64,000 bases of DNA from an uncultured Bacillales bacterium (GCA_948442255.1 CAOJRT010000004.1:4614-68613); one strand, 5' to 3'; positions 27,982-40,421 are shown, counted from the stretch's first letter. Translations and numbers: made by a program. Notes: a model not told the origin generated them from the letters alone.

Positions 27982-28338
27982 ATGATAAAACAATTGCCTT
28001 TTTATATGCTAATTGCCTTTCTGTGTACAATAACAATTGAGTCTTTAATTGCCTGTATTTGCAAAATAAAAGAAAAAGAAGATTTTTTCATTATATTTTT
28101 AGCCAACTGTTTAACAAATCCACTTGTTGTTAGCATCTCTTTTTATATAAATATTCGCTACGGACTTATTCCACGTCGTATTATAATAATTTTATTAGAA
28201 ATAATAACTATTATAATAGAAGGATTTCTTTATAAAAAGTGTCTTTCTAATAAAAAACATAATCCATTTTTTCTTTCTATTTACTTAAATGGAAGTTCCT
28301 ACTTATTAGGAATATTAATTAATTCTTTTCTTTTTTAG
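27982..28338 (+). CDS. Small polytopic membrane protein, unknown function
   Basis: An extended -10 tgctataat ending at about 27964 makes the ATG at 27982 (MIKQLPFYML) the likely start. There are three or four hydrophobic helices. Confidence 0.5.
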   Translation: MIKQLPFYMLIAFLCTITIESLIACICKIKEKEDFFIIFLANCLTNPLVVSISFYINIRYGLIPRRIIIILLEIITIIIEGFLYKKCLSNKKHNPFFLSIYLNGSSYLLGILINSFLF

Positions 28339-28347
28339 GAGGTCAAT

Positions 28348-28827
28348 ATGTATCAAATCATTTTTATTTGTTATGGAAATATTTGTCGAAGCCCTATGGC
28401 AGAAATGATTTTTAAAGATTTAATCTATCAAAATAATAAAAGATACAAATTTAGTTGCATTTCACGAGCAACCAGTATTGAAGAATTGGGAAATCCTCTA
28501 TATCCTGAAGCGGCCAAAATATTAAAAGAAAATGGCATTCATTTAGAAAGTCATAGAGCTAAACAAATTACAAAAGAAGAATGCGAAAAGTACGATTACA
28601 TTATTGTAATGGAAAAAAGAAATAAAAAAGATCTTTTAAACTTAGTAGGGGAAAGCATAGAAAATAAAGTTCATTTATTAATGGAATTTACAGAAGAAGA
28701 AAAAGGAATAGAAATAGAAGACCCATGGTATACGGGAGACTTTAAAGCGGCTTACCAAGACATTTATAAAGGTTGTATAGGATTATATAACTATTTATTA
28801 GAAAAGGGGGAAGATTATGAAATTTAA
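28348..28827 (+). CDS. Low-molecular-weight protein tyrosine phosphatase
   Basis: CX5R(S) P-loop 'IFICYGNICRSPMAE' and the C-terminal 'DPWY' Asp loop. 159 aa. Confidence 0.85.
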   Translation: MYQIIFICYGNICRSPMAEMIFKDLIYQNNKRYKFSCISRATSIEELGNPLYPEAAKILKENGIHLESHRAKQITKEECEKYDYIIVMEKRNKKDLLNLVGESIENKVHLLMEFTEEEKGIEIEDPWYTGDFKAAYQDIYKGCIGLYNYLLEKGEDYEI

Positions 28828-30598
28828 AGAAAAATTATCTTTAGTTCCTCATAAACCAGGAAGTTATCAAATGAAGGATAAAGACGGAGCTATTATTTAT
28901 GTAGGAAAAGCGAAAGATTTACATAATCGGCTTTCTTCGTATTTTAATCGCATTCATACAGGAAAAACAGCTAAAATGGTTAGTTTAATAGATGATTTTC
29001 AGTATATTGTTGCTACAAGCGAGTTAGAAGCTTTTATTATTGAAATCAATTTAATTAAAGAATTTAATCCTAAATACAATATCATGCTTACAGACGACAA
29101 GAGTTACCCTTATATAGAATATATAAATGAACCATATCCCATGTTAAAAGTATCACGTTATTTAAATATAAAAAAGAAAGATAATAAAAAATTATTTGGT
29201 CCTTATCCTAATGCTTATGCAGCAAGAAGAATAGTAAACTTAATTAACCGTCTTTACCCTTTGAAAAAATGTAGTGGTAAACAAAAGGAGATTTGTTTAT
29301 ATTATCATATTGAAGAATGTTTAGGATATTGCGAAAAAAAGGTGAATCAAGAAAATATAAAAAAAATGGAACAAGAAATTTTATCTTTTTTACGTGGAAA
29401 TGATGAAATATTAAGAAATAAAATCTTAAATAAAATCCAAATATATAGTGAGACTATGAATTACGAAATGGCACAGGATTTAAAAAAAGAATTGGAATAT
29501 ATTGATATTGTCCTATCAAAACAAAAAGTGGAGCTTCATGATTTTATTGATCGAGATGTCATAAGTTATTATGCTAATAATGGCTACTTATCAATCGAAA
29601 TTTTATTTATACGTAACGGAAAACTTCTAAATCATAAAAACGCTATCTTCCCGTTAAGATTAGATATCGTAGAAGATGTAGAAAACTATATTGTACAGTT
29701 TTATATGAAAAATGAAGCTCCTAAAGAAATTATCGTTCCAGATGACTTAGATAGTAATTTACTTTCTAATGTAATGGAATGTAAAGTAATAAGTCCAACA
29801 AAAGGAACAAAAAAAGGATTAATAGAAATGGCCTTTTCTAATGCTAAATTAAATTTAGAAAACAAATTTGAAGAAATTCAAAAAGATGAAACTAGAACAC
29901 AGACTGCTAATGAAGAATTAGCTCAACTTTTAAAAATGGATTCTATTTATAGAATTGATGTTTTTGACAATTCCAATTTATTCGGGTCTTTTGCAGTGTC
30001 TGGAATGGTAGTGTATATTGAAGGTAAACCTTGTAAAAGTGAATATCGTAAGTACAAAGTAAGTGTAGATGTAAACGATGATTATCACACCATGAAAGAA
30101 ATATTATATCGAAGATACCAAAGAATGTTAGTTGAAAAAAGCACGAAACCAGATGTTATTATTGTCGATGGAGGAGAAAATCAAATCCGTGCAGCTTTAG
30201 ACATATTGGAAATGCTTCACCTAGATATTAGAGTTATTGGATTAAAGAAAAACGACAAACACAGAACAAACGATTTGATTGATTCGGATTTATCCATCAT
30301 TCCTTTAGATAGAATGAGTAATGTCTTTCATTTTTTGACAAGAATGCAAGACGAAGTACATCGTTTTACAATTAATTACCATCGTTCCTTACGTAGTAAA
30401 GGAAGTATAAGTAGTGTTCTTGATAATATTGAAGGAATCGGACCTAGTCGAAAAAAAGCACTTATCAAGAAATTTGGTAGTGTGTTACGTATGAGTGAAG
30501 CTCCTTTAAGTGAACTAGAAGAAATACTTCCGACAAAAGTGGCTGAAGAATTGCAACTTTACTTAATTGAGAGAAATAAAACACAAGAAGAGTTGTAG
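28817..30598 (+). CDS. uvrC: Excinuclease ABC subunit C
   Basis: GIY-YIG domain ('GSYQMKDKDGAIIYVGKAKDLHNRLSSYF'), a UVR domain, and C-terminal (HhH)2 'IEGIGPSRKKALIKKFGS'. Confidence 0.95.
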   Translation: MKFKEKLSLVPHKPGSYQMKDKDGAIIYVGKAKDLHNRLSSYFNRIHTGKTAKMVSLIDDFQYIVATSELEAFIIEINLIKEFNPKYNIMLTDDKSYPYIEYINEPYPMLKVSRYLNIKKKDNKKLFGPYPNAYAARRIVNLINRLYPLKKCSGKQKEICLYYHIEECLGYCEKKVNQENIKKMEQEILSFLRGNDEILRNKILNKIQIYSETMNYEMAQDLKKELEYIDIVLSKQKVELHDFIDRDVISYYANNGYLSIEILFIRNGKLLNHKNAIFPLRLDIVEDVENYIVQFYMKNEAPKEIIVPDDLDSNLLSNVMECKVISPTKGTKKGLIEMAFSNAKLNLENKFEEIQKDETRTQTANEELAQLLKMDSIYRIDVFDNSNLFGSFAVSGMVVYIEGKPCKSEYRKYKVSVDVNDDYHTMKEILYRRYQRMLVEKSTKPDVIIVDGGENQIRAALDILEMLHLDIRVIGLKKNDKHRTNDLIDSDLSIIPLDRMSNVFHFLTRMQDEVHRFTINYHRSLRSKGSISSVLDNIEGIGPSRKKALIKKFGSVLRMSEAPLSELEEILPTKVAEELQLYLIERNKTQEEL

Positions 30599-30645
30599 AA
30601 AACAAAAAACTTTACTATAATGTATAATTAATGAGGTGAAAAAAT

Positions 30646-31689
30646 ATGAATGTCTCTTTATTTGATTATGAATTACCAGACAATTTAATTGCTCAAACTC
30701 CTTTAGTAAATCGTAGCGATTCTCGCTTACTTCTTTTGGATAAAAAAACAGGAGAAACTCATCACGAACACTTTCATAACATAATTTCTTATCTAAAAAA
30801 AGGGGACGTTTTGGTATTAAACGATACAAAAGTAATACCTGCTCGTTTAATAGGAGAAAAAGAAGAAACTGGTGCGGTCATAGAATTACTCTTATTAAAA
30901 GAGGTAGAAGAAAATAAGTGGGAATGTTTAGCAAAGCCAGCTAAACGCTTGCGTGTAGGAACCATTGTTTCTTTTGGAAGTGGTGTTCTAAAAGCAAAAG
31001 TAACAGAAAAAAAAGAAGAGGGTATTACTATTGTAGAATTGCAATATAAGGGCATTTTAATGGAGATATTGGAGCATTTAGGAACCATGCCCTTACCTCC
31101 TTATATCCATGAGAAACTATGTGATCAAACAAGATATCAGACAGTTTATGCTAAAAACATAGGAAGTGCTGCGGCTCCTACAGCAGGGTTACATTTTACT
31201 GAAGAATTGCTTCAGGCTTTAGAAGCAAAAGGAATCATAATTACATTTGTTACGCTTCATGTAGGACTAGGAACGTTCCGTCCCGTCGAAGTGGAGAATA
31301 TTAAAGACCATCATATGCATACTGAATTTTATCAAATGACAGCAGAAACAGCTTCTATTTTAAATAGAGCCAAAAAAGAAGGAAGAAGAATTATTGCTGT
31401 AGGAACGACAAGTGCTAGAACTTTAGAGGCGATTGCAACAAAGAACAATGGAGTCTTTAAAAAAGAAGCAGATGAAACCTCTATTTTTATCTATCCAGGG
31501 TATACTTTTAAGGCAATCGATGGGCTTATTACAAACTTCCATCTTCCTAAAAGTACCCTTCTAATGCTCGTTTCTGCTTTAGCAGGTAGAGAGCAGATTC
31601 TTTCCGCATATAAAGAGGCAGTAGAAGAAAAATACCGTTTCTTTAGTTTTGGAGATGCTATGTTTATTACTGACAATATAAAAAAGTAA
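30646..31689 (+). CDS. queA: S-adenosylmethionine:tRNA ribosyltransferase-isomerase
   Basis: '[25 protein letters not shown]', 'PLPPYI', '[13 protein letters not shown]', '[13 protein letters not shown]', '[11 protein letters not shown]' are QueA hallmarks. Confidence 0.95.
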   Translation: MNVSLFDYELPDNLIAQTPLVNRSDSRLLLLDKKTGETHHEHFHNIISYLKKGDVLVLNDTKVIPARLIGEKEETGAVIELLLLKEVEENKWECLAKPAKRLRVGTIVSFGSGVLKAKVTEKKEEGITIVELQYKGILMEILEHLGTMPLPPYIHEKLCDQTRYQTVYAKNIGSAAAPTAGLHFTEELLQALEAKGIIITFVTLHVGLGTFRPVEVENIKDHHMHTEFYQMTAETASILNRAKKEGRRIIAVGTTSARTLEAIATKNNGVFKKEADETSIFIYPGYTFKAIDGLITNFHLPKSTLLMLVSALAGREQILSAYKEAVEEKYRFFSFGDAMFITDNIKK

Positions 31690-32634
31690 TTAATCAAAAT
31701 TACTTTTTTCTTGTTTTTTGTTTGCGTAAGAGAATTTTCTAGTTTCTTTCCATTTTTCTTCATAAAATCTTCTAACAAGCATTTTCTCTAGCTCAACAAG
31801 ATTTTCATCATAAAACCCTAATTCCTGTAAGGCTCTCTTTTTTATATTTTCAGTACAAGATTCTTCTTCTAAAATTGCTAGCAAATAAAAGTTGGGATCT
31901 ATAGTTAGAATAAAGAAAATAAATTTTTCATTTAGTGTATCGAGTTCTAATTGCTCTCCTTGATAGATTAGCGCATTACTAACAATAGCAACAGTAGGGG
32001 AAGTATTTATTTTACCTATAAAGTTTTTGGCTGTTTTTTCTATCTCTTTAAAACGAACATCTGTAATCATCTCTATATTTGTAATAGATTTACAATGTAT
32101 AGCTAGTTTAGGAAATGCATTTCTTAAAATTAAAGTATTAATTGTGTGTTTGCAAAATATTTTATTTAAATAAACCTCTTCGTAATAAAGAAGATGTTTA
32201 TCATAGAAGCCTAATTGTTCTGTAATACGTATTTCAATATCAGTGAATTGTTGTTTTCTCTTGTTTGTTAAAATAGCGCGAACATGCTTATTTTTTTCTT
32301 TTTCTATTTGTTCAATCGAAATAAGAGGAGTTTCACAAAAAATTTTGTATATAATTAAATCTGGATCAATGACTAAAATAAAAAATAAAATTTTTTCATC
32401 AAAATTTAAGTCATTCCATTTTTCACTTGTAAGATAGTTTAACGTGTTTATATAATCAGTTCTTTTAAGATGATTTGGATCTTGTTTTGCGCTTAAATAG
32501 TTTTCCTTGAAATTTCTTGTCATTTCACGAAAATAATTTACAATATCGTCTGTGAATCCTTTAAAAGAGCGAAAGGTTTTTCTATTTTTATAGAATTGTT
32601 CTCTTGCTGACTTTGTTGTTTTCTCTTTTGCCAT
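31690..32634 (-). CDS. Hypothetical protein with an internal duplication
   Basis: Two copies of a module: 'EKILFFILVIDPDLIIY...ITEQLGFYDKHLLYYEE' and 'EKFIFFILTIDPNFYLL...ALQELGFYDENLVELEK'. GAGGG RBS. It lies antisense between queA and tgt. I recognise no family. Confidence 0.6.
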   Translation of the reverse strand: MAKEKTTKSAREQFYKNRKTFRSFKGFTDDIVNYFREMTRNFKENYLSAKQDPNHLKRTDYINTLNYLTSEKWNDLNFDEKILFFILVIDPDLIIYKIFCETPLISIEQIEKEKNKHVRAILTNKRKQQFTDIEIRITEQLGFYDKHLLYYEEVYLNKIFCKHTINTLILRNAFPKLAIHCKSITNIEMITDVRFKEIEKTAKNFIGKINTSPTVAIVSNALIYQGEQLELDTLNEKFIFFILTIDPNFYLLAILEEESCTENIKKRALQELGFYDENLVELEKMLVRRFYEEKWKETRKFSYANKKQEKSNFD

Positions 32635-32746
32635 AAGTTTACCCTCATTTGTTTGTGTATTATACGCTTTTCTATTACAAATTGCAAGATATCTCTTTCT
32701 TTCTATAAAAAAATTAAGTATAATACATAACGAAGGAGATTTTGCT

Positions 32747-34251
<1,505 letters not shown>

Positions 34252-34258
34252 GGAAAAG

Positions 34259-34296
34259 AACCTCTCTAGAAGATAACTAGAGAGGTTTCTGTATTT
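34259..34296. terminator. Strong bidirectional terminator after tgt
   Basis: An 11-bp stem aacctctctag / ctagagaggtt with a 7-nt loop, followed by a T-rich tail. It lies between convergent tgt and the yrzE-like gene. Confidence 0.7.
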
Positions 34297-34302
34297 TCTA
34301 TA

Positions 34303-34665
34303 TCACTTTTTCTTTTTATTAATACCAATAATTGAACCAAGTACAATACTGACAAGTAAAATGACATAATAGATAATCTTCTTTAGAGGAAAAGTAAAAT
34401 GAAGCGTAAAACAACCAAGTAAATAGAGAACTAAAAGCAAAATAGCACCCTTTTTAAGACCTTCTTTATAAGCTTTGCCTGGAGAATTTAAACCTGTTTT
34501 AATTCCTTCTCGCATCATATAAAGCGCCATAAAAACAAGAATGAGTAAATAATTGATTTCATTTTTCATAGAAAAAAGCAAGTTTAACAGAGAAAGAAAA
34601 GTTGTTACCACGAAAATATAAAGAAGGAAATATAAAATATATTTGTATTTTTTTAAGATATTCAT
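34303..34665 (-). CDS. Small membrane protein, YrzE-like (TIGR04086-type)
   Basis: Four TM helices, 120 aa. It occupies the position of B. subtilis yrzE between tgt and yrbG/spoVB. The assignment rests mainly on synteny and topology. Confidence 0.4.
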   Translation of the reverse strand: MNILKKYKYILYFLLYIFVVTTFLSLLNLLFSMKNEINYLLILVFMALYMMREGIKTGLNSPGKAYKEGLKKGAILLLVLYLLGCFTLHFTFPLKKIIYYVILLVSIVLGSIIGINKKKK

Positions 34666-34731
34666 TTCATCACCTAATTTAATTTATGTTTAAAAATACT
34701 AATTATTCCCATAATAAAAGTAGGTGATATA

Positions 34732-35364
34732 ATGATTAACACAATTCTTAGAACTATTTTCTTTTACTTTTTTATAGCTGCTGCTTATCGTATTATGGGA
34801 AAACGAGAAGTGGGACAACTTGGAATTATTGATTTAATTGTATCTATCTTAATTGCTGAACTTGTCGCTATAAGTATTGAAAACTATAACGATAGTATTT
34901 TATTAACCATATTTCCAATAGGAATACTTGTTTTCTTAGAAGTATTCTTAGGTTATATAAGTGTAAAATCAAGAAAATTAAATCGTCTTTTTGCTGGGAA
35001 ACCAACATTAATTATAAGTGAAGGAAAATTACTTTATAACAATTTAATTAGTCAAAGATATAGTTTAGATGATTTATTATTGCAATTAAGACAAAATGGA
35101 ATTTATTCAATAGAAGAAGTCAATTATGCCTTATTAGAACCCAATGGAAAATTATCTGTATTTAAATATGATTTCATAAAAAGTAAAAAAAGTGTTCCTC
35201 TACCATTAATAATTGAAGGAGTCATTCAAAAAGAAGTATTAAGAGAGATAGGCAAAGATGAAACTTGGCTTTTAAGAGTATTGGAAAAAAATAATATGTT
35301 ATTAGAAGATGTTTTCTATGGGTTATACAAAAAAACTCATTTGTATTTTATCCGATACAATTGA
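34732..35364 (+). CDS. DUF421 (YetF/YrbG-family) membrane protein
   Basis: 'ILRTIFFYFFIAAAYRIMGKREVGQLGIIDLIVSILIAELVAISI' is the typical DUF421 N-terminus, and the C-terminal soluble domain fits. The synteny matches yrbG. Confidence 0.75.
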   Translation: MINTILRTIFFYFFIAAAYRIMGKREVGQLGIIDLIVSILIAELVAISIENYNDSILLTIFPIGILVFLEVFLGYISVKSRKLNRLFAGKPTLIISEGKLLYNNLISQRYSLDDLLLQLRQNGIYSIEEVNYALLEPNGKLSVFKYDFIKSKKSVPLPLIIEGVIQKEVLREIGKDETWLLRVLEKNNMLLEDVFYGLYKKTHLYFIRYN

Positions 35365-36643
35365 GTTCTTTTTTTAAGAAAAGGGCGTTACAGCAAGTAA
35401 CATAAATGATATTCATAATTTCGGCAATGACTAAAGAATAAATTCCACAACCGAGAAGGCACAAAATAGCTAAGCAAAGTAGTTTTAGAAAAATTCCACT
35501 CAAACTAATAAATGTACAGGTTTTTACTTTATTTAGACCTATTAAAATAGAAGATAAAGGGGACTCCAAATAGAAAAGGACAAAGAAAGGAGCTAAGGTA
35601 GCAATGTAGTTTGTTCCTTCTTTTGTATGGTATAGCAAATAAAGAAGAGGTTCTTTAAAGAAATAGATAATGCTTGTACAAAGAATGCCAACAACAAAAG
35701 AAATCAATAATGCTTGTCTGACTCTTTTTTTTAAAAGAGTCTTCTTTTTTTCTTCATAAAGACGGCTAATTTCCGGAAGTAAAGCATTACTAATTGCTGT
35801 GATAAAAAAGGAGGGGAACAAAAGAGTACTTACGGCATACAAGTTATAAATACCATATTGTGTAGTAATAAATGTTTTATCTAGTTCCATAAAAACTAAT
35901 AAGTTGGTAAGAAGAATAGGTTCAAAAAAATAAGCAACATTTCCAAGTAAGCGACCACTAATAGAAGGAACAGAAATTGCTAATAATTCTTTAGATTCAG
36001 TTTTATTATAAAGCAAATCCTTTTTTGTAATTTGAATGTGTTTGGGTAAAAAAATATAAAAAATAAAGAGAGAAAAAGACTCGCTTAGAACGGAGAAACC
36101 AATCAAGGTAGTAACTGTAACAACTGTTCCATATTTACTTACATAAGGAAGAAGGAGAAGAATAATTCCCAAACGAAAAAGTTGTTCTAAAACATTACTA
36201 ATCATATGAGGGGCCATATTCTGTTTCCCGTAGAAGTATCCCTTAATAATATATCCAATAGAAACAAAGGGTAATGTAAAAGTACAGGCAACAATGGGAA
36301 AATAGGCATCTGGCATCTTGAGTAAAGTATTACTTATAAGATGAGCAGAAAATAAAATCGTAATAATCAAAATAGCGTTTAAAACAAACATAATATAACA
36401 AGAATTAACAAGTACTTTTTTAGCTCTTTGCTTTGCACTAATCCGTTTGGATACTGCAAGCTGAATATTAAAACTAGCAACTGACAATAAAAGAGAATAA
36501 GTAGGCATAACAATAGAATAAAGAGTAATTCCATCTTCTTTTAATATTCTAGTATAAATAATTTTAATAAGAAGACCAAGTACTTTGGTAATAGCACCAC
36601 CTATTAATAAAATCAAAGTAGATTTTAAAAAATTATTTTTCAT
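35348..36643 (-). CDS. spoVB: SpoVB-like MOP-superfamily flippase
   Basis: 'FLKSTLILLIGGAITKVLGLLIKIIYTRILKEDGITLYSIVMPTYSLLLSVASFNIQLAVSKRISA' matches the SpoVB/MurJ-type N-terminus. It has 12-14 TM helices and the synteny is conserved. It is shorter (431 aa) than B. subtilis SpoVB. Confidence 0.65.
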   Translation of the reverse strand: MKNNFLKSTLILLIGGAITKVLGLLIKIIYTRILKEDGITLYSIVMPTYSLLLSVASFNIQLAVSKRISAKQRAKKVLVNSCYIMFVLNAILIITILFSAHLISNTLLKMPDAYFPIVACTFTLPFVSIGYIIKGYFYGKQNMAPHMISNVLEQLFRLGIILLLLPYVSKYGTVVTVTTLIGFSVLSESFSLFIFYIFLPKHIQITKKDLLYNKTESKELLAISVPSISGRLLGNVAYFFEPILLTNLLVFMELDKTFITTQYGIYNLYAVSTLLFPSFFITAISNALLPEISRLYEEKKKTLLKKRVRQALLISFVVGILCTSIIYFFKEPLLYLLYHTKEGTNYIATLAPFFVLFYLESPLSSILIGLNKVKTCTFISLSGIFLKLLCLAILCLLGCGIYSLVIAEIMNIIYVTCCNALFLKKELNCIG

Positions 36644-36711
36644 ATGTTTTCTCCTTTATTAGTTTGCTATTTTGTTATATAATTGTAAAGAGAAGATACT
36701 TAGGTGGTCAT

Positions 36712-37002
36712 ATGGAAGAATTAAATTTTAATTCAATGGAAGATTTATATAAGCGCTTATTGCCAGCCCTTAGAAGTAAGAAAAAAATATTATGTCAGAG
36801 GGGCTATAGTTATATTAAATTACATGATATTTGGGATGCTTTACGTATTTTAAAGTGGCATATGGGGAGTTGCTTAATGCTTTGTGACATGGTTGATGAC
36901 ATTTTAAATACGGATAATCAGTTATTTTATAAATACTATTGTGACACCTACTTAAATAAATGCGAAGAGCGTGTAGAGTTACCTAAGTTAAAAGAAGAGT
37001 AA
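36712..37002 (+). CDS. comN: ComN/YrzD-like post-transcriptional regulator
   Basis: AGGTGG RBS lies before the ATG at 36712. About 96 aa. 'RGYSYIKLHDIWDALRILKW' fits the ComN family pattern, and it is divergent from spoVB as in B. subtilis. Confidence 0.55.
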   Translation: MEELNFNSMEDLYKRLLPALRSKKKILCQRGYSYIKLHDIWDALRILKWHMGSCLMLCDMVDDILNTDNQLFYKYYCDTYLNKCEERVELPKLKEE

Positions 37003-37019
37003 GAAAGAAGAGTTGCTTG

Positions 37020-39179
37020 ATGGAACAGAAAAACAAACCAATTACTTATGATGAATTGTATGCAAAATTAGTCAAAATTATGAAGAAGGACGAAGAGCTA
37101 GATGTCATAAATAAAGCTTATACATTTGCTTTAGAAAAACACAAAGATAAAAAAAGAAAAAACGGCGATGTTTATATATCACATCCATTAGAAGTTGCGA
37201 ACATATTAAGTGATTTAAATGTTGATTATATTACAATTGCTTGTGCTTTATTACACGAAACTTTAAATCATAGTGAAACAACACTTGATGAAATTCGAAA
37301 AAATTTTGGTGAAGAGATTAGTACGATTATTAAAAGCATAAGCAAAATAAATAAATTAGAACTGAGTGATAATAAAGATTCTTCTGTACAATATCTTCGT
37401 AAAGTACTAGTGGGTCTTTCAGAAGATGTACGAGTACTATTTATCAAGTTGGCGGATCGTTTACACAACATGCGAACTCTCTATGCTTTAAGTAGTGAAG
37501 AGCAAAAGCAAAAAGCAAATGAAACGGCTACTGTCTTAATCCCAATCGCAAGTCGCTTAGGTATTAATAGCATTAAGGGAGAGTTAGAAGATTTATGCCT
37601 TCGTTATACAAAACCAGACGTTTATCAAGATATCTTAGATAAATTAGAAGCTTCGAGAGAAGAACTAAATGAATTATTGATAGAAATGAAAGAAAATATA
37701 AGCGAAATTCTTACCTCAAATGGTATTAAATTTCAAATCAAAGGTCGTGTAAAGTCTGTACATAGTCTTTATAACAAAATGGATAATGGGAAGCGCTGGA
37801 ATGATATTTATGACATTTTAGCCTTAAGAGTCTTTGTGGAAACAGAGCAAGATTGCTACGCTACAATAGGGCTAATTCATGCTAAATTTCGTCCAATGCC
37901 AAGAAGATTTAAAGACTATATTGCCAATCCAAAAGAAAATATGTACCAAAGTTTACATACAACTATTTTTGGTGTGGAGGGTAACCTATTTGAAGTACAA
38001 GTACGTACTTACGAAATGGATGAAATTGCTGAAAAAGGAATTGCTAGTCACTGGTCATACAAAGAAAAAGGCTCTGTAAAAATTCAAAACTTAATGGAAC
38101 AAAAATTAGAAATGTTTCGTAATATTATTGAACAAAATAATGAAACTACAAGTGATATGGAGTTTGCTTCAAACTTAAACGAAGAATTATTAAGTGATGT
38201 TATCTATTGCTTTACTCCAAAAGGAGATGTAATTGAATTACCAAAACACGCTACGCCGATTGACTTTGCTTATCGCATTCATAGTGGAGTAGGAGATAGA
38301 ACTATAGGGGCTTTGGTAAATGATCAAATTGTTCCTCTAAATTATGAATTACAGGACGGGGATATAGTCAAAATCAATACAGCAAAAGAATCAAGTCCAA
38401 AACAGGATTGGCTAAATTTTGTCAAAACAAGCCAAGCAAGAAGCAAAATAAAAGCATTTTTTAATAAACAAGATCGAGTTCATTATATAGAACAAGGAAA
38501 AAATCTATTAGAAAAAGAGATCCGTCGTCGTAAGTTATCCTATAACGAAGTTTTAACAGACGAACATATAAATAAATTAATAAAAGATACACATACAAAC
38601 GATTTAGAAGAACTTTATTTATCTTTAGGAGCTTTACAATTCACACCTAGTTATTTAATTAATCTTATATACGAAGATAAAAAGGATGTCGTTGATATTT
38701 ATTTGGCAAAATGTTCTCAAAATCCAAATAATAAAGAAAAAAAGTACAAAGATGATATATTAGTAGCGGGAACAAATGATATACTTGTTAGCATGGCAAA
38801 ATGTTGCCGTCCAATCAAAGGAGACAAAATTGTGGGATATATCACAAAAGGTGATGGGGTAATTGTTCATAAATCCAATTGTCCTAATATTAAAGAAAGC
38901 TCCCGTTTAATTTCTGTAGAATGGAATGAAAATACAAACTCTTCTTTTTTAGCCGAGCTTTCTGTTAAAGCGATTAAAGGAAATAATACTTTACTATCTA
39001 TTTTTACAAAAGCATCACAAAAGGAAATATTTATTGAAACAATGAATTCCTATGACGAAGGAGATTATATTCGATATATCCTATTAGTAAAAACGCCTAA
39101 TACAAACGAATTAGACTTGTTTATAAATGAATTAAAAGCAATAAATGACATTATAGAAGCAGAAAGGACGATTGCTTAA
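37020..39179 (+). CDS. relA: Bifunctional (p)ppGpp synthetase/hydrolase RelA/SpoT homolog
   Basis: HD hydrolase ('YISHPLEVANIL', 'ALLHETL'), a synthetase domain ('GRVKSVHSLYNKM', 'YQSLHTTI', 'EVQVRTYEMDEIAEKGIASHWSYKE'), and TGS and ACT domains. Confidence 0.95.
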   Translation: MEQKNKPITYDELYAKLVKIMKKDEELDVINKAYTFALEKHKDKKRKNGDVYISHPLEVANILSDLNVDYITIACALLHETLNHSETTLDEIRKNFGEEISTIIKSISKINKLELSDNKDSSVQYLRKVLVGLSEDVRVLFIKLADRLHNMRTLYALSSEEQKQKANETATVLIPIASRLGINSIKGELEDLCLRYTKPDVYQDILDKLEASREELNELLIEMKENISEILTSNGIKFQIKGRVKSVHSLYNKMDNGKRWNDIYDILALRVFVETEQDCYATIGLIHAKFRPMPRRFKDYIANPKENMYQSLHTTIFGVEGNLFEVQVRTYEMDEIAEKGIASHWSYKEKGSVKIQNLMEQKLEMFRNIIEQNNETTSDMEFASNLNEELLSDVIYCFTPKGDVIELPKHATPIDFAYRIHSGVGDRTIGALVNDQIVPLNYELQDGDIVKINTAKESSPKQDWLNFVKTSQARSKIKAFFNKQDRVHYIEQGKNLLEKEIRRRKLSYNEVLTDEHINKLIKDTHTNDLEELYLSLGALQFTPSYLINLIYEDKKDVVDIYLAKCSQNPNNKEKKYKDDILVAGTNDILVSMAKCCRPIKGDKIVGYITKGDGVIVHKSNCPNIKESSRLISVEWNENTNSSFLAELSVKAIKGNNTLLSIFTKASQKEIFIETMNSYDEGDYIRYILLVKTPNTNELDLFINELKAINDIIEAERTIA

Positions 39180-39619
39180 TGCGTTGTATTGTCCAAAAAG
39201 TCATTTCTTCTAAAGTAGAAGTCAACGGAAAAATCATCGGTGCTATTGAAAAAGGGTTGAATGTTCTCGTTGGTTTTAAAGAAAACGATACAGAAGAGCA
39301 ATTAAATAAAATGGTTAAAAAAATTCTCCATCTTCGTATCTTTGCGGATGAAGCAGGAAAAATGAACAAAAATGTTTTAGAAATACAAGGGGAGATTTTA
39401 TTAATTAGTCAATTCACTTTATATGGAGATACCAAAAATGGGAATCGCCCTTCTTACGTAGAGGCGATGTCAAGCGAAAGAGCTCGCCCTTTATATGAAG
39501 AAATGGTAAAAAGAATGAGCGAATTTATAAAAGTAGAAAGAGGGGAATTCGGCGCCGGCATGCAAGTGGAAATACATAATGACGGCCCAACAACAATTAT
39601 TTTAGATGACGCAAACTAA
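39179..39619 (+). CDS. dtd: D-aminoacyl-tRNA deacylase
   Basis: 'MRCIVQKVISSKVEV', 'LLISQFTLYGDTKNGNRPSY', 'FGAGMQVEIHNDGPTTIIL'. It overlaps the relA stop. Confidence 0.9.
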   Translation: MRCIVQKVISSKVEVNGKIIGAIEKGLNVLVGFKENDTEEQLNKMVKKILHLRIFADEAGKMNKNVLEIQGEILLISQFTLYGDTKNGNRPSYVEAMSSERARPLYEEMVKRMSEFIKVERGEFGAGMQVEIHNDGPTTIILDDAN

Positions 39620-39631
39620 GGGGGATTTTGT

Positions 39632-40342
39632 ATGCGAAAGAATCTAGTAAATACAATAATATTATTCATATCTACATTTTTATTGATAGGGGGAAGTATC
39701 ACGATAAGTCAAGCTTTATCAAAAGAGGAGGTCAGCGAAAAAATGAGTGAACTTTCTCTTGCGGATGAAGAGGTAGCCAAACTAATGGAACGAGTTACAA
39801 GAACAACTCTTTTAAGAGAACCAAATTATTACTACGAAAATGTTAAAGAAGAAACGCAAATTGCTTATATTTATCAGTATTTGAAAATGGAAGATTATTC
39901 TTTAATTAAAGTCATACCTAAAAAAATAATTTGTGAAGTAACTGAAGAAATCAAATTTGTTTCTTCTTCCCCTTGTATTGTAAAAGTAATTGCTAACCAT
40001 GTGTTTGAAGATTATCAATATGATTTTTTTCATACGAAAAAAGAATTAAAATATGCTGAGTTTACGATAAATGGGAGCTTATGTAAAAACGATGGTTCCC
40101 ATTATTATTGTTTATTAGAAAAGAAAGAGGCAGAACCAAAAACCTATTCCCTTATAAAAAGTGCTTTTCAAACAGAGGAGAACATAATTATTTATGAGTA
40201 CTATCTAAAGACAAACAATGAACAGGAAAATGAATTTGGGGTAAATGAGGGAGAAATAAAGGAAAAAGGAGTTCTTTTTAAACATAATTTTACAAAAAGT
40301 GAAGAGGGAGAATATTTTTTAGAAAGTAGTACAATTGCTTAG
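39632..40342 (+). CDS. Hypothetical secreted or membrane-anchored protein
   Basis: GGGGGA RBS and an N-terminal hydrophobic segment (LVNTIILFISTFLLIGGSITISQA). I recognise no family. Confidence 0.55.
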   Translation: MRKNLVNTIILFISTFLLIGGSITISQALSKEEVSEKMSELSLADEEVAKLMERVTRTTLLREPNYYYENVKEETQIAYIYQYLKMEDYSLIKVIPKKIICEVTEEIKFVSSSPCIVKVIANHVFEDYQYDFFHTKKELKYAEFTINGSLCKNDGSHYYCLLEKKEAEPKTYSLIKSAFQTEENIIIYEYYLKTNNEQENEFGVNEGEIKEKGVLFKHNFTKSEEGEYFLESSTIA

Positions 40343-40392
40343 AAAGATATGTTTATATTTTTTAATTATATGGAAAGATAGATACATTGTAG

Positions 40393-40421
40393 TTGACTTC
40401 ATTTTAGTTTAAGAGTAAAAT
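40393..40421 (+). promoter_or_regulatory. Promoter of the T-box/hisS operon
   Basis: ttgact (40393-40398), 17 nt spacer, taaaat (40416-40421). Confidence 0.55.

Noticed and set aside
37879-38079. Same-strand 66-aa ORF nested in relA
   Set aside because: It is an out-of-frame overlap within the conserved synthetase domain of relA, with no RBS and no motif.
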